This document shows positions 1 to 10,204 of a stretch of DNA of 64,000 nucleotides, piece after piece. The stretch lies in the IMG/VR virus record IMGVR_UViG_3300045988_167063; one strand, written 5' to 3'. Both the position numbers and the translations under genes were made by a program. The notes beneath the pieces are model-generated. The model saw only the letters and a list, made by a program, of their open reading frames with translations. It did no database searches and had not been told where the DNA came from. Position 1 is the stretch's first letter, and the number at the start of each line of letters is the position of its first letter. The stretch is from a virus.

Positions 1-441
1 TGCCAAAAACAAACTTTCCATTAAATCTGTTCGTTCACATAAAACACCCTCATAATAAACAAGGCAAGTTTTTTCATTTGTTAAGAAATCAAAATCATAA
101 CAAATAATTGCACTATTTCTTGCTTCGGGTACTGTTTGTGAACGATATAATCTAAATTGTGTTTGACTTTGGCTATCTGAAAGAATTGAGCCAACAATAG
201 GCTTTAAGAAAACACGATAATTCTGTTCATCCGTTTCGCCTGTCCAAATATAATTCCTTTTTTGTTCAAAAGTTAAATTATCTTTATCTAAAGCATCTTT
301 AGTGTCATAAATTAAACACTTCCAAAAATCTTCTGCCATTTGGCTTTTTTCTTTCATTAAAAATTCTAATATCTTATAAGTTACTAAAGGCTGTTGAGAA
401 AAATCATTATAAGACATTGTATTATTACCATTATAATTCAT
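1..441 (-). CDS. hypothetical virion-module protein (3' end cut by window edge)
   Basis: ATG at 441-439 just downstream of GGAGAG (rc of 445-450). My translation MNYNGNNTMSYNDFSQQ... stays open to nt 1 (147 codons). Absent from the ORF track because it is truncated. Confidence 0.5.
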   Translation of the reverse strand, partial: MNYNGNNTMSYNDFSQQPLVTYKILEFLMKEKSQMAEDFWKCLIYDTKDALDKDNLTFEQKRNYIWTGETDEQNYRVFLKPIVGSILSDSQSQTQFRLYRSQTVPEARNSAIICYDFDFLTNEKTCLVYYEGVLCERTDLMESLFLA

Positions 442-450
442 AAACTCTCC

Positions 451-1710
451 TTATAGTAAACTCTTTAATTTAATTTTAAGTTCAACATCATCGCAACCAT
501 CTGCTTTGAATGTCAATGTTAGTAAGTTCTTATCCATTTTTAAATTAGTTACTTTAAATCCGTCAATAGTTTCCTCTAATTGATAATGCCTACTATCTGC
601 TCCACTCGGAATACACTGAATAGCAATATTTTGTTTTTCGCCCTCAATATAAACACCACAAGTTATTTCTAAACTTTCCATTTCATTTAATTCGGTTACA
701 TCACTTGGACTAATAATTATCTTCTTTTCGGGCAAATAATCATCTACTATGTTAATTGTAATAGTATCGTAAATATTTTCATTATCTGTTAAATATGCCT
801 TTATTTCGGCTTTAGAGCCTTTATTGCCTATAAGACGATAAATTCCATTACTATCAATAGAAACAGTCTTATTATCGCTTGTAGACCACGATATAGGCAT
901 ATCTGTAGCTAATTCATTATCTTTCATTACATTAGCAGTTAATTGACCTTGAAAACCTTGAATTTGCGAAATATTATCGCTATCAATTTTTACTCTATAA
1001 TCAACTGCATAATAGTCGCAAACATTAAGCTCTTTATTGTCAATCGGCAATAATGGACTATAAACAAGATAAATCTTTATCATTGTCACATCTCCATTAG
1101 TGCCTTCTTCTTGATTGTAATTATCAATCTGTTCGACTTTATAACATTGACTATGTTGAAACATAAATCTTTGATTTAAGTCTATTGTTTTTGTTTTGTC
1201 ATTTCCTTGAACATAAAGTATCAATCTCCTGTTCTCAACCGTTGCTGTTTTTGCAACTTGCTGATTTGTACTCGATACTTCATATCCAAAAAAGACCTTT
1301 TCAGTCAAAATATTTCCATTACTCTTATCTAACCAAGAAATTTCATTATTACAACGAATAAGCTTTGCATTTGCAACTTTTGATAGTTTATTTATTTTAT
1401 CATAACACAAATAGGTTTCGCCTTCCCATTTGTATTTTTGCCCCCTATAATTTCTATGAGAACAATCTTTAAATAAAACGGCAATATAATCGCCCATTAC
1501 TTTAGTTAAGTTAGTAGAAACCTCACTAACGCTATCAATATGCACATCAAAACTTTTATATTGTTCATTAAATGGATATTTTTCTTCTTTAATAATTGTA
1601 TTCAGCGTAGTATCTTCAAAAGTATCGTTTATCCATTCTTGAGTAATTTCTTTATAATAATCTTTGTTAGATTGAGCCATATTATCTATAAAATTACTAT
1701 ACCAACTCAC
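451..1710 (-). CDS. virion structural protein with C-terminal bacterial Ig-like (Big_2-type) repeats
   Basis: 419 aa. The C-terminal segment ISWSTSDNKTVSIDSNGIYRLIGNKGSKAEIKAYL plus a second beta-rich repeat resembles Ig-like domains of phage tail or decoration proteins. The start overlaps the upstream stop. Confidence 0.5.
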   Translation of the reverse strand: MSWYSNFIDNMAQSNKDYYKEITQEWINDTFEDTTLNTIIKEEKYPFNEQYKSFDVHIDSVSEVSTNLTKVMGDYIAVLFKDCSHRNYRGQKYKWEGETYLCYDKINKLSKVANAKLIRCNNEISWLDKSNGNILTEKVFFGYEVSSTNQQVAKTATVENRRLILYVQGNDKTKTIDLNQRFMFQHSQCYKVEQIDNYNQEEGTNGDVTMIKIYLVYSPLLPIDNKELNVCDYYAVDYRVKIDSDNISQIQGFQGQLTANVMKDNELATDMPISWSTSDNKTVSIDSNGIYRLIGNKGSKAEIKAYLTDNENIYDTITINIVDDYLPEKKIIISPSDVTELNEMESLEITCGVYIEGEKQNIAIQCIPSGADSRHYQLEETIDGFKVTNLKMDKNLLTLTFKADGCDDVELKIKLKSLL

Positions 1711-2204
1711 GATAAATCACTCCAATACGGCAATTCATCTAAATGCTTTAAATGATAATTAGCAATATCCTCTTGATATTCACTAACAAGATTGTTATAC
1801 CAATTATCATTTTGTTTCATTATTGGGGCAATAGAGTCTTTTTTAAACTCTCTCTGCGAAATATAAGGCACTCTTGCCTTAATATCTTGTGTCAATCTTT
1901 TGAAATATTTTGAAACTGCAATTTCCGAAACAATTTTCTTTTCATCATCATCTAAATCATAATCAAAATAATATGCTGTTTTGTTTTCTTCTGTATCTTC
2001 AATAAAAACTTTTTCTATGTGATAAGTCAATGGCTTAATACAGTCAAAATCACTTAATCCACTTTTAAGAAAACCACAAAGATAATCAAAAACAACATCT
2101 TTATTTATTTCATATAATTTATCTATTTTATAATCATTGATTATTGGAAGCATCCAATCCTCGTATATTTCAATAAAACTCGTTCCCAATTTGGCTACCT
2201 CCAT
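1707..2204 (-). CDS. hypothetical protein (structural module, connector/head-completion position)
   Basis: 165-aa acidic ORF between the capsid genes and the Ig-domain protein. Placement is by position only. Confidence 0.5.
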   Translation of the reverse strand: MEVAKLGTSFIEIYEDWMLPIINDYKIDKLYEINKDVVFDYLCGFLKSGLSDFDCIKPLTYHIEKVFIEDTEENKTAYYFDYDLDDDEKKIVSEIAVSKYFKRLTQDIKARVPYISQREFKKDSIAPIMKQNDNWYNNLVSEYQEDIANYHLKHLDELPYWSDLS

Positions 2205-2214
2205 TTTATTAAAT

Positions 2215-2868
2215 TTATTTTGCAGAAATAAGATTACTCATCTCATCAATGTCATAACCATTCTTTTCAAGTTCCTTAATCTTGTTAAAATCATAGTTAT
2301 AACCCTCACTCATTTTACGAGCAATAAGAGCGACAAATCTTTCAGCAGTGTCTTTATCCATATTAAGAATAGTATCAACTGCATTATCATCAACAAGACT
2401 AATAAGTCTTTCTACTGTTTCTTTATTCATAACTTCATTATAAATATATCCAATACCTAAATCCTCATAGTCTTTTTGAGAAGTAAGAATAGCGTAGCCT
2501 TTTTCAAACTGCGAATTGTAATTATTTACAATTTCAACCATATCTGAAAATCTAATATTCTTAACCTCGCCAAACTTATCAAACACATAAGTACGACCTT
2601 TTTCTTTAGGATTTGACTTTACTGAAAGAACATAAGTGTGTGGGAGCATAGAAACAACCTTAACAGTTCTTGTAATATCTGAATTAGATTGAACTACAAC
2701 ATTTGGCTGACTTTGTGCTTGTGCCAACTGTGACTGTAACTGTTCAATCTGCTTTTGCATTTGCTTAATCAAATCAAGATTTTCGTCTTTATTCTTTTCA
2801 TCATTAGCAGACTTCGTTGTAGAAGTTTTAGTTGAAGTTCTGCTTTTCTTTGCTGTTTGTTCAGCCAT
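2215..2868 (-). CDS. hypothetical protein (structural module)
   Basis: 217 aa. Lys/Thr-rich N-terminus followed by the coiled-coil-like QMQKQIEQLQSQLAQAQ. GGAG upstream of the ATG. Confidence 0.5.
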   Translation of the reverse strand: MAEQTAKKSRTSTKTSTTKSANDEKNKDENLDLIKQMQKQIEQLQSQLAQAQSQPNVVVQSNSDITRTVKVVSMLPHTYVLSVKSNPKEKGRTYVFDKFGEVKNIRFSDMVEIVNNYNSQFEKGYAILTSQKDYEDLGIGYIYNEVMNKETVERLISLVDDNAVDTILNMDKDTAERFVALIARKMSEGYNYDFNKIKELEKNGYDIDEMSNLISAK

Positions 2869-2905
2869 ATATAAAACTCCTATATTTTATAAATAATATG
2901 TACGA

Positions 2906-2927
2906 GGTGGGTATATTTCAACCCACC
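2906..2927 (-). terminator. GC-rich stem-loop just downstream of the capsid gene (possible attenuating terminator)
   Basis: GGTGGGT (2906-2912) pairs with ACCCACC (2921-2927) in the 93-nt gap after the capsid gene stop. There is no clean U-tract, so termination is uncertain. Confidence 0.35.
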
Positions 2928-2961
2928 CCAAATATAATCAACTCTAATCTAAAAGAGTAAA

Positions 2962-4059
2962 TTAACCAGCAAGTTTAACCTTTACAATCTTCTTATTTGT
3001 AGCAAGAGAAACACCAAGTTCCTTACGAAGTGTTGAAAGAATTGCAAGGTTATTGTTGTCATAATCTTCATCTGTATTAGTAGATGTATAACCAATAGCA
3101 ACCTGAATAAGCTTTGAGCCATTAACAGGGAGTGCATAAATTCTATCTGTTGGAAGTCCAACTACACCGTCATTTCCGTCTGAAACAACATTAAATCCAA
3201 GAACAGTATAACCATTGAATACTGACATATAACCAACAGTATTGTATTCATCACCAAGAAGAATACGAGTTCTTGCTTCAGCAGGAAGAACTGACTTAAG
3301 GGCAACAGCGTCACCAACGATTACCATTTTAGCACCATTACGAGCAGAAGCAAGACGGAGCTTCTTGAGGAACTCTGTTTCATCAAAGTTTTCAAGAACA
3401 AGATTTTCATCAGTCATAGCCTCTGAAACAGTTGTAAATTCACCAATAACAAGCTGATAAATCTTTGCAACCATTGAAATAGCCTTGAGCATTACATCCT
3501 CAGCAAACATAGAGTCACCTACAAGGATTTCAGGAAGATTAGTAATGGTAGTGATACCATACATATCTGTTGCAATAGTCTTAGTAGAAGCTTTCTTTGT
3601 CTGTGTTCTTGTGTGCTTTTGGCGTCTGCCCATTCTTGATACTTCATAAATGCTATTATCTACAAGTTCAAATTCAAATACATCGCCATAGCCACCATAC
3701 TGAATATTAGAAAGTGCCGAAAGACCCATAGCATCTGTTACGATAGGTGTAACAGTATCAAGCATTACTTTTTGAATATTTGCAGCCATTTGAGCAACTA
3801 CACCATAAGTAGCGTATTCCTGAATATCATTATTGAAATCTTCAAGAGAATACTTACTTCTACGAGCAAGTTCGCTCTTAAATGTTTCGTTAATCTTATT
3901 TGCCTTTTCCTCAAGACTATATTTAGTTGTTTCGTATGAAAGACCCTTTACATCATACTTGCTTGACATATAATGTCTTGCATAATCTTCCATACTTGAA
4001 ACCAACTTATTTGAGTCTGCTGTTGTAGCAAACTTAACTACTGTATCAAATCTCTTCAT
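2962..4059 (-). CDS. major capsid protein (putative)
   Basis: 365 aa in the canonical position after the portal and scaffold genes. Visibly less AT-biased codon usage than its neighbours, as expected for a highly expressed gene. Strong GGAGAAAA RBS. No database search was possible. Confidence 0.6.
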   Translation of the reverse strand: MKRFDTVVKFATTADSNKLVSSMEDYARHYMSSKYDVKGLSYETTKYSLEEKANKINETFKSELARRSKYSLEDFNNDIQEYATYGVVAQMAANIQKVMLDTVTPIVTDAMGLSALSNIQYGGYGDVFEFELVDNSIYEVSRMGRRQKHTRTQTKKASTKTIATDMYGITTITNLPEILVGDSMFAEDVMLKAISMVAKIYQLVIGEFTTVSEAMTDENLVLENFDETEFLKKLRLASARNGAKMVIVGDAVALKSVLPAEARTRILLGDEYNTVGYMSVFNGYTVLGFNVVSDGNDGVVGLPTDRIYALPVNGSKLIQVAIGYTSTNTDEDYDNNNLAILSTLRKELGVSLATNKKIVKVKLAG

Positions 4060-4084
4060 TAATATTTTCTCCTTTTCCTACAAA

Positions 4085-4615
4085 TTAACCATTGAAAACA
4101 GTTTTAAGAATATAAACCTTTTCTGTATCATCATCAAAATTGAATGTAGGATATTTTGCACTATCTACAATATCAACAACCTTAAATGAAGCTACATCGG
4201 CTGTTTGAATAGCCTTTGTTACCCAACCGTCTGCTGATGGCTCTAAAAATTGACCCTTTGTTGGAGCAGCACCCTTAATTCCGTGTGCAAGAACACCAAA
4301 TTCAATATTTACTTTAGGAATGAAAAAGTCAAGTGGATGCTTTGCAGGATTTGTATAGTTTCTATCATCCTTGCTTCTTGCAGGATAAAGATTGTCACCA
4401 ATAATATCATACTTTACAGACGGATTAAAAGCAATAGCAACTTCTTTAGCACCAGCTTCAGCCTTTGTTACCGTGTAAAGTTCCTTGTCTTTAGTATCAT
4501 AATCACCAACAGCAAGTGCAGTACCGCCGTCAATATCTACTGTTGCAATACCACCTCTGTTAATGCAACTTGGAATAAAATTATCTGTTTCAAACAAAAC
4601 ATTATGTTTAGCCAT
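4085..4615 (-). CDS. hypothetical capsid-associated protein
   Basis: 176 aa between the scaffold-like gene and the capsid gene. AAGGAG RBS. Function is inferred from position only. Confidence 0.45.
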   Translation of the reverse strand: MAKHNVLFETDNFIPSCINRGGIATVDIDGGTALAVGDYDTKDKELYTVTKAEAGAKEVAIAFNPSVKYDIIGDNLYPARSKDDRNYTNPAKHPLDFFIPKVNIEFGVLAHGIKGAAPTKGQFLEPSADGWVTKAIQTADVASFKVVDIVDSAKYPTFNFDDDTEKVYILKTVFNG

Positions 4616-4642
4616 ATATTTAATCTCCTTATAAAAAGTTAA

Positions 4643-6157
4643 TTAGTCGTAAATGCTTGTCGGTTGGTCTTTCTTTTCTGTTTGAACCATACCCATATCA
4701 AGCATATCTTTTTCTGTACTCTTTGACATCACACTTACATAAGCCTGTGCAAGAGCGTTGTTTTTCCACGCACCTATGTTCTCATAAGCACATTCTTTTG
4801 AAGCCTTTTCGATTTCTGCATATTTATTTTCGTCAACACTACCCTTAATTTGTGAAAGAGTAGACTGAACGATACTATCTTTCTTTGCAGTTTCTACATC
4901 GGCTTTATATTTTTCAAGTGTTTTTACTTTTGCCTTATATGTTTCAAGTTCGGCTTTAGTAGTTTCAAGTTCTGACTTGAGTTCAGCCATTTTTGTTTCG
5001 GTGTCATCCTCTTTTTCAGGTTCTCCCTCTTTTTTGGCTGTATCGTCATCGGTAACTTCGGCTTTTGTATCAGGTTCTTTTTGAGTATCAGTTGTTTCGG
5101 TTTCTTTTTCGTCTACCTTTACATCTTCCTCTTTTGGAGTAACCTTTTCTTTCTCTTTAGCCATAGTTTCCTCCTTTAATTGATTTTCTATATTTTCAAG
5201 TTTTTCTAAAATATCATTCATTTTTTCTTCTTGGTCTAAACCAAGTTTCTTATAAATTTTTTGAATTTTAGATACTACTGCTGACTCATTTTCTTTTTGA
5301 GCATATCCAAGAGCAGAAGCAAGTCCTTTTCGATTATAAACCCATTCTCCCTCTTTAATGTTCATTATAGGATAACCAAGTTTTGTTACTTGTCTATCTT
5401 CCCAACCCTCTTCAAGTTTCATACACACACTTTTTGCAAGTGTTTTAAAGTTTTTCTCTTTAATAAGGTCTTGTTTAGCTTTATCGCCATTCCAATCTCC
5501 CTCATCAAGAGCCTCTTTTGACTTATTAACAGGGTGAGATACAAAATTATCCTTTTCAGCCATTTTGTGTTCAGAATACTTTACATATTCCTTTTCAATT
5601 TCTTTTTCACTCATTTGAGTTAATTTTATATTTGCATTTGGAACACTTGGCTTATACTTCAAACCCAAAATTGTAATGCCTGTAATATTAAAGCCTTCAA
5701 CAATTTTCGGCTTATCCCCACCGTCCATATAATTCTTTGTTTCGGGTGTAAAACCAACAAGTTCCTCAATGCTTACATTTCTATAATTATGTTCACGAAA
5801 TAATGAATAAACATCATTTGCATAAAGTTTTGACATAACTATATCTACTGAGGCAATTAAATCATTGTCATCATCATATCTATACTTTATATCTTGCTGT
5901 GGCACAAAACCAACGATTTTTTGATTTTCAGTATGTTCGGTAACATCGCCCTCAAAATTATCATATTCGGCAAGTACCCATTTACCTATAACAGTAGGAG
6001 CATATTTTTTAATTACTTCTTCACTATAAAGGTGATTATGTGAATTTTTCTTTGTACTTAAAAAATCAACTGTACCATATGCAAATTCATAATCTTCATC
6101 ATTTTCGTATTTTCGCCAATCTTCTATTGACATTTTTACTTTATTTTCAAAAGTCAT
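4643..6157 (-). CDS. scaffolding protein (possibly a protease-scaffold fusion)
   Basis: 504 aa. The C-terminal half is strongly acidic and coiled-coil (EKEKVTPKEEDVKVDEKETETTD...ELETTKAELETYKAKVKTLEKYKADVE). It lies between the portal and capsid genes. Confidence 0.45.
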   Translation of the reverse strand: MTFENKVKMSIEDWRKYENDEDYEFAYGTVDFLSTKKNSHNHLYSEEVIKKYAPTVIGKWVLAEYDNFEGDVTEHTENQKIVGFVPQQDIKYRYDDDNDLIASVDIVMSKLYANDVYSLFREHNYRNVSIEELVGFTPETKNYMDGGDKPKIVEGFNITGITILGLKYKPSVPNANIKLTQMSEKEIEKEYVKYSEHKMAEKDNFVSHPVNKSKEALDEGDWNGDKAKQDLIKEKNFKTLAKSVCMKLEEGWEDRQVTKLGYPIMNIKEGEWVYNRKGLASALGYAQKENESAVVSKIQKIYKKLGLDQEEKMNDILEKLENIENQLKEETMAKEKEKVTPKEEDVKVDEKETETTDTQKEPDTKAEVTDDDTAKKEGEPEKEDDTETKMAELKSELETTKAELETYKAKVKTLEKYKADVETAKKDSIVQSTLSQIKGSVDENKYAEIEKASKECAYENIGAWKNNALAQAYVSVMSKSTEKDMLDMGMVQTEKKDQPTSIYD

Positions 6158-6339
6158 TTTTGCGGAGTTTCCCCCTTTCCTAAAATTTTACATATCTTAT
6201 CTGTTTTAAGATAATATATTTTATCTACACCGATTTCACGATAAATCGGAATAAAACCTAATTTATGTAATTTTTTAGACTGTTCGGAGGTAACGCAAAT
6301 ATAATCATCAATATTGTTAGGTTTTCCTAAAATAATCAT
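6154..6339 (-). CDS. hypothetical protein
   Basis: 61 aa. The stop overlaps the start of the downstream gene and it lies 11 nt after the portal stop. Confidence 0.45.
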   Translation of the reverse strand: MIILGKPNNIDDYICVTSEQSKKLHKLGFIPIYREIGVDKIYYLKTDKICKILGKGETPQK

Positions 6340-6350
6340 ATCATTATCTC

Positions 6351-7982
6351 CTATTGATACTCACGACTGACCGCTCCACCCTCAGCTAAATCACTATTAT
6401 CCTTTTGTGGTGCGCCAATATCGTAAGTATTTGTATTAGCATTAAACAAGGCAAATAAAGTATTTTGCATATCACTATGTTTAGCCTCTTTTACCATTGT
6501 TTCAAATTCACTGCCCTCATAACCTAAAAGAGTTCCCCACTTTCTTAAAGGCACTTGTATTCCTTTATCAGATAATTTTAAATGAGTATCAATATCTTCT
6601 TTCCTCTTAAAAGGCAGTGTACTACCACTAACACGAAATCTAAATTTATATCTTTTAGTTTTCTTGTTTACAAAGAAATTTAAAAAGTTTTCAAATTGTG
6701 GATAAACTGCATTTGCAATTTCTTGATAATCAGCGTTTGCAGCCAACTGTGCCTCTTCTTGTGATAATCTTTCATCTGTATAAATAAGTGAACTATTTGA
6801 AGCACCTAAACCAGCACTTGTTTTAAGTTGATTTTTATACATATTACTATTATTATCAGCAAATTGATAAAGCCTTGTTTCTTCAAGAGGTAAAGCAATT
6901 TGCTTAATATTTTTGTTAATGCCATTTCTTGCCAATCTCATAAGTTGTCCGACAACTTTAGGGTCAATAGTAAAGGCATTTTTATTATTGCCAACATTAT
7001 CTTTATCTCTTGTTTTCATTTCTCCAAGAATAATTGCATTTGCAGAAATAATATCCTTATCTCTTTGTAATTTAGAAATTATATCATCATCAAATACTGA
7101 CTTTAATAAGGAAGTTAAAGGTGGAACAGTATTAAAATTAGAGGTATCATATTTAAACAACCAACTTCCTGCATTTACCTTTGTTCTTATATAATTTTCA
7201 GCATTAAAAGTATTTTGCCTACCCAAATTTGACATATTGTCTACAATAAAGTTTTGCATTTGTTTGCTATTATCTTTACTACTTTGTCCTAATTTAGAAT
7301 AGGCTTGGGCAAGTGTTTCGTCATAATTAAGAACATTTACATTTGAACCATTAAAATAATTCAAATTAAAATCCCATAAAAAGCCATTTGCCCCACTACT
7401 TATAAAACGACCTGTGAGTTTACAATACTTTTGTGGCATCATTTGTAATGAAAAAGACTCTTTATTATCGTTCAAATCAATCGGAGTATCGTCAAAAGTC
7501 TTTTCGCTATCTCTAAGCCAACAAAAATAAGTATCTGTTTTGAGCATATTTTTGACAACATTTCTAAATTCTTGTTTCGCTTTAAAATAATTAAAGAATT
7601 TATCTACTCTTTTGCAATCCTCTTTATACTCTTCACTTTCAAACTCATCATCGTCTACTATATTAATCGGAACTCTATCTATATCAAAAGCCAATAAATT
7701 TGTTTTATATTCTATTGCCCTTTTATAAATAGCATCCCAAGTTTCCATAAATTCGGAATAATCTTGTAATGTTTCAGCAGAATTTTTATAAGTAGCAATA
7801 GCTTGCCTTAAACTATCTCTGTCAGGTATTTGTTCATTATTATTTAAGTCAACTAATGTTTTATATTCGTTTATAGTATCATAAAAATAATTATTCTTAT
7901 CTAATGGTGCTGAACTATAAAGTGCGTTCATAAAATCAATTACATTCCACACTTCGTCACGAGTTATAACTTCATCAGGCAA
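6351..7982 (-). CDS. portal protein (putative)
   Basis: 543 aa immediately downstream of the terminase large subunit. TTG start about 10 nt after GGAGG. Called from size and position only. Confidence 0.55.
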   Translation of the reverse strand: MPDEVITRDEVWNVIDFMNALYSSAPLDKNNYFYDTINEYKTLVDLNNNEQIPDRDSLRQAIATYKNSAETLQDYSEFMETWDAIYKRAIEYKTNLLAFDIDRVPINIVDDDEFESEEYKEDCKRVDKFFNYFKAKQEFRNVVKNMLKTDTYFCWLRDSEKTFDDTPIDLNDNKESFSLQMMPQKYCKLTGRFISSGANGFLWDFNLNYFNGSNVNVLNYDETLAQAYSKLGQSSKDNSKQMQNFIVDNMSNLGRQNTFNAENYIRTKVNAGSWLFKYDTSNFNTVPPLTSLLKSVFDDDIISKLQRDKDIISANAIILGEMKTRDKDNVGNNKNAFTIDPKVVGQLMRLARNGINKNIKQIALPLEETRLYQFADNNSNMYKNQLKTSAGLGASNSSLIYTDERLSQEEAQLAANADYQEIANAVYPQFENFLNFFVNKKTKRYKFRFRVSGSTLPFKRKEDIDTHLKLSDKGIQVPLRKWGTLLGYEGSEFETMVKEAKHSDMQNTLFALFNANTNTYDIGAPQKDNSDLAEGGAVSREYQ

Positions 7983-8006
7983 TAACGACTATTCCTCCTT
8001 TCTTAT

Positions 8007-8582
8007 TTAACCATAATCGTAAATATCACTGAAATCATCTAAATCAATTTCAGCATCTTGTTCATCTTTCACATACTTAATATAGACTTTATCACAAAAG
8101 TAATTAAACATTGCCAAAGTCATATATCTATCCTTTGTAGCTGTACTTTTTTCTTTAACTCTAACACCTTTATCTTTAAATTCTGTTGTTAAAGTAATTG
8201 CCTCATTAATAGCATACCTTGTTTCAACAAACGGTACAAGGTCATAAGCCTTCTTTTCAGAGGACTTCAATATCCATTTACTATCTTTTTCTTGAAATAG
8301 TAATTCCATTTCAGAGTCATCTTTAAGAAAACTAATTATATTATCTTTAAGATTTTTTCTCATCGCTAAGTGCATATCACTATTGATTTCACTTGTACCA
8401 GCAATAGGAATAATTACTTCTTCGGCATTAGAGTCCATAGTCCTATTAATTTTATCATTTATGATTTTATCAGAGCTTATTTGTAAAATTTTATCTCTAC
8501 ATACAGTCCACGCAGGATATGTAATATCTCTTTCATCATCATATGTTTCAGTTGTCAATAAATCAAAGAAAACATTTCCTAC
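8007..8582 (-). CDS. terL: terminase large subunit, exon 3 of 3
   Basis: Begins VGNVFFDLL..., which continues exon 2 (...YFVMDSKG) into a D-x-x-G-x-G nuclease-domain block. 576 nt, phase 0. The boundary is inferred. Confidence 0.7.
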   Translation of the reverse strand, partial: VGNVFFDLLTTETYDDERDITYPAWTVCRDKILQISSDKIINDKINRTMDSNAEEVIIPIAGTSEINSDMHLAMRKNLKDNIISFLKDDSEMELLFQEKDSKWILKSSEKKAYDLVPFVETRYAINEAITLTTEFKDKGVRVKEKSTATKDRYMTLAMFNYFCDKVYIKYVKDEQDAEIDLDDFSDIYDYG

Positions 8583-8937
8583 CAATTATGTTATCATATA
8601 AGTTTTTTATCTTATATTTCTTATAGTTGTATTTCCTATAAGTTCGGCGTACCTTTTCATCTAATAAATTTATTTATATAAAAATGACAAGTTTATTTTA
8701 TTTTTTTGCGTTCCAAAATACATATACTTCTTCACTTATTATCATTTATTACTACTAATTATTTATTAGATGCCGAGAACTCTTGGCAAAATTATATTCT
8801 ATAAAAATAGTTTCATTTGCTACGCTCTGCGTGTGACTATTCTTTTAAAAATAGCCTTCCACTCGGATTGACATTTCAGTTTTTCCGTTTCTTTCTCGGT
8901 TCGATTATATATCACTATATAAAAGGGCGAAGTTTTC
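8583..8937 (-). mobile_element. group-I-like intron, ORF-less (355 nt)
   Basis: Separates two in-phase terL exons and has an in-frame stop shortly after the 5' junction. The proposed junctions are GGU| and ...GAUAACAUAAUUG|. It shares conserved blocks (CCAAGAGU, GAACUUAU, GAUAAAA..CUUAUAUGAUAACA) with the other two intervening sequences. Confidence 0.6.
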
Positions 8938-9918
8938 ACCTTTTGAGTCCATAACAAAATATGTGCATTTATAATCATAAAATAATCTTTTTATCATTAC
9001 AATTTGTTTTTGAGAATTTAAACCATTTTCGGCTTTTATATACTCTACTTTTCTTTGATTTGTTTCTATATCTATATTTCCTAATACAAAAACTGTATTA
9101 TCGTTTTCTCTACCACCACTAACGGCAATATCCATTGCCAATACTCTTATTTCATTTTCGTGACTAAAATCATATTTATTTTTAATATTATAATAATAGT
9201 CATCATTTGTAGTTGGTAAAAAAGCAGTTTCAAGCACTTGATTTTTATGAAAATCATCATACAAAAACAAACTACCTTCTGTTTCACCAAGCCACAAATT
9301 CAAAAACTCCATTTCAAAATCCAAATCATTTGTATTTTCTCGTCTTGTTAAATACTGATTTTTTGTTTGAATTTTATTAGCAACTGCTGTAAATATATCA
9401 CCTGCAAAAAAGCCATATTTAATTCTTTTATCTGTGTAATGCTTTCTAACTACTGTTTTTAAATAAGTCCAAACCCAATTATCTTTCGTTCTTGCCGAAG
9501 TCATAAATATTTGCTTTGGCTCAATCATTAACCCATTAAAACTATATGGCTCAAGCATAGGTTCAACAATAGACTCATAGTCTCTTTTCTTAACAATTCT
9601 TGCCTCATCTGTTATAGTTATATTAGCTCTTGCACCACGACCTGTTTCATTACACGCAACAGCGAATATTTTACTACCATTGCCATATTCGACAACTCTA
9701 CCACCTGTTGTTTTATCTTTTGTAAAGTTAATATAGCCATCTGCTCGTAGTTGTTTTAAAATAGGACTTATGCCTTTTTTGTCACTACTTAACAACTTAT
9801 CAATTTTATCATCAATAATTTTATTACTTTGACCTAAAGTAAGCGAAGTAATAGCAATTTGAACTCCGGGTAAAAGCAAAGCAAGGTCATTGGCGAGAAC
9901 ACCTATGGTAAAGGATTT
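8938..9918 (-). CDS. terL: terminase large subunit, exon 2 of 3
   Basis: Begins K-SFTIGVL, which completes the Walker A motif started in exon 1. Contains VLAMDIAVSGGRENDNTVFVLG, a nuclease Asp motif. 981 nt, phase 0. Confidence 0.7.
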
Positions 9919-10204
9919 CAATTTTGTTATCGTATAGGCTCTTTATCCTATACTTCTTATACTGTACTAATTTTCGTATAAGTTCAGAGTACATTTTCAT
10001 ACATAAATACAGAGTATGTGGACACTCTTGGTGATATTATATTCTTCCATTTCAAAAGTTTCAATCACTACTCGTTACAATACTATTAATTTTTACATTA
10101 AATAGTTATCTCGGTGTTGTACTTAAAATTAGTGTAGTTTCACCGATTTTGCCCAATTTGCTTTATAACTATCTATAATTCATTATAAAGGAGCATTATT
10201 ATTT
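9919..10204 (-). mobile_element. group-I-like intron, ORF-less (286 nt)
   Basis: Interrupts the Walker A codons. The 5' exon ends in U (AGU|), followed directly by AAAUAA (a stop). The intron ends ...CCUAUACGAUAACAAAAUUG|. It belongs to the same sequence family as 8583-8937 and 15073-15962. Confidence 0.6.

Noticed and set aside
4250-4642. Plus-strand ORFs lying antisense inside the minus-strand late genes (e.g. 1540-1755, 2137-2460, 3242-3457, 4250-4642, 5297-5521, 6913-7194, 12238-12480, 16525-16710)
   Set aside because: They lie entirely inside longer, motif-bearing genes on the opposite strand. They lack RBSs and have odd Ser/Leu/Phe/Ile-rich composition, typical of antisense reading of AT-rich coding DNA.
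8583-10204. Inteins or group II introns as the explanation for the split terminase
   Set aside because: Both intervening sequences hit in-frame stop codons within a few codons of the 5' junction, so they cannot be inteins. They are only 286 and 355 nt long, lack a GUGYG 5' end and a reverse transcriptase, and end in G after a conserved block, which fits group I introns better.
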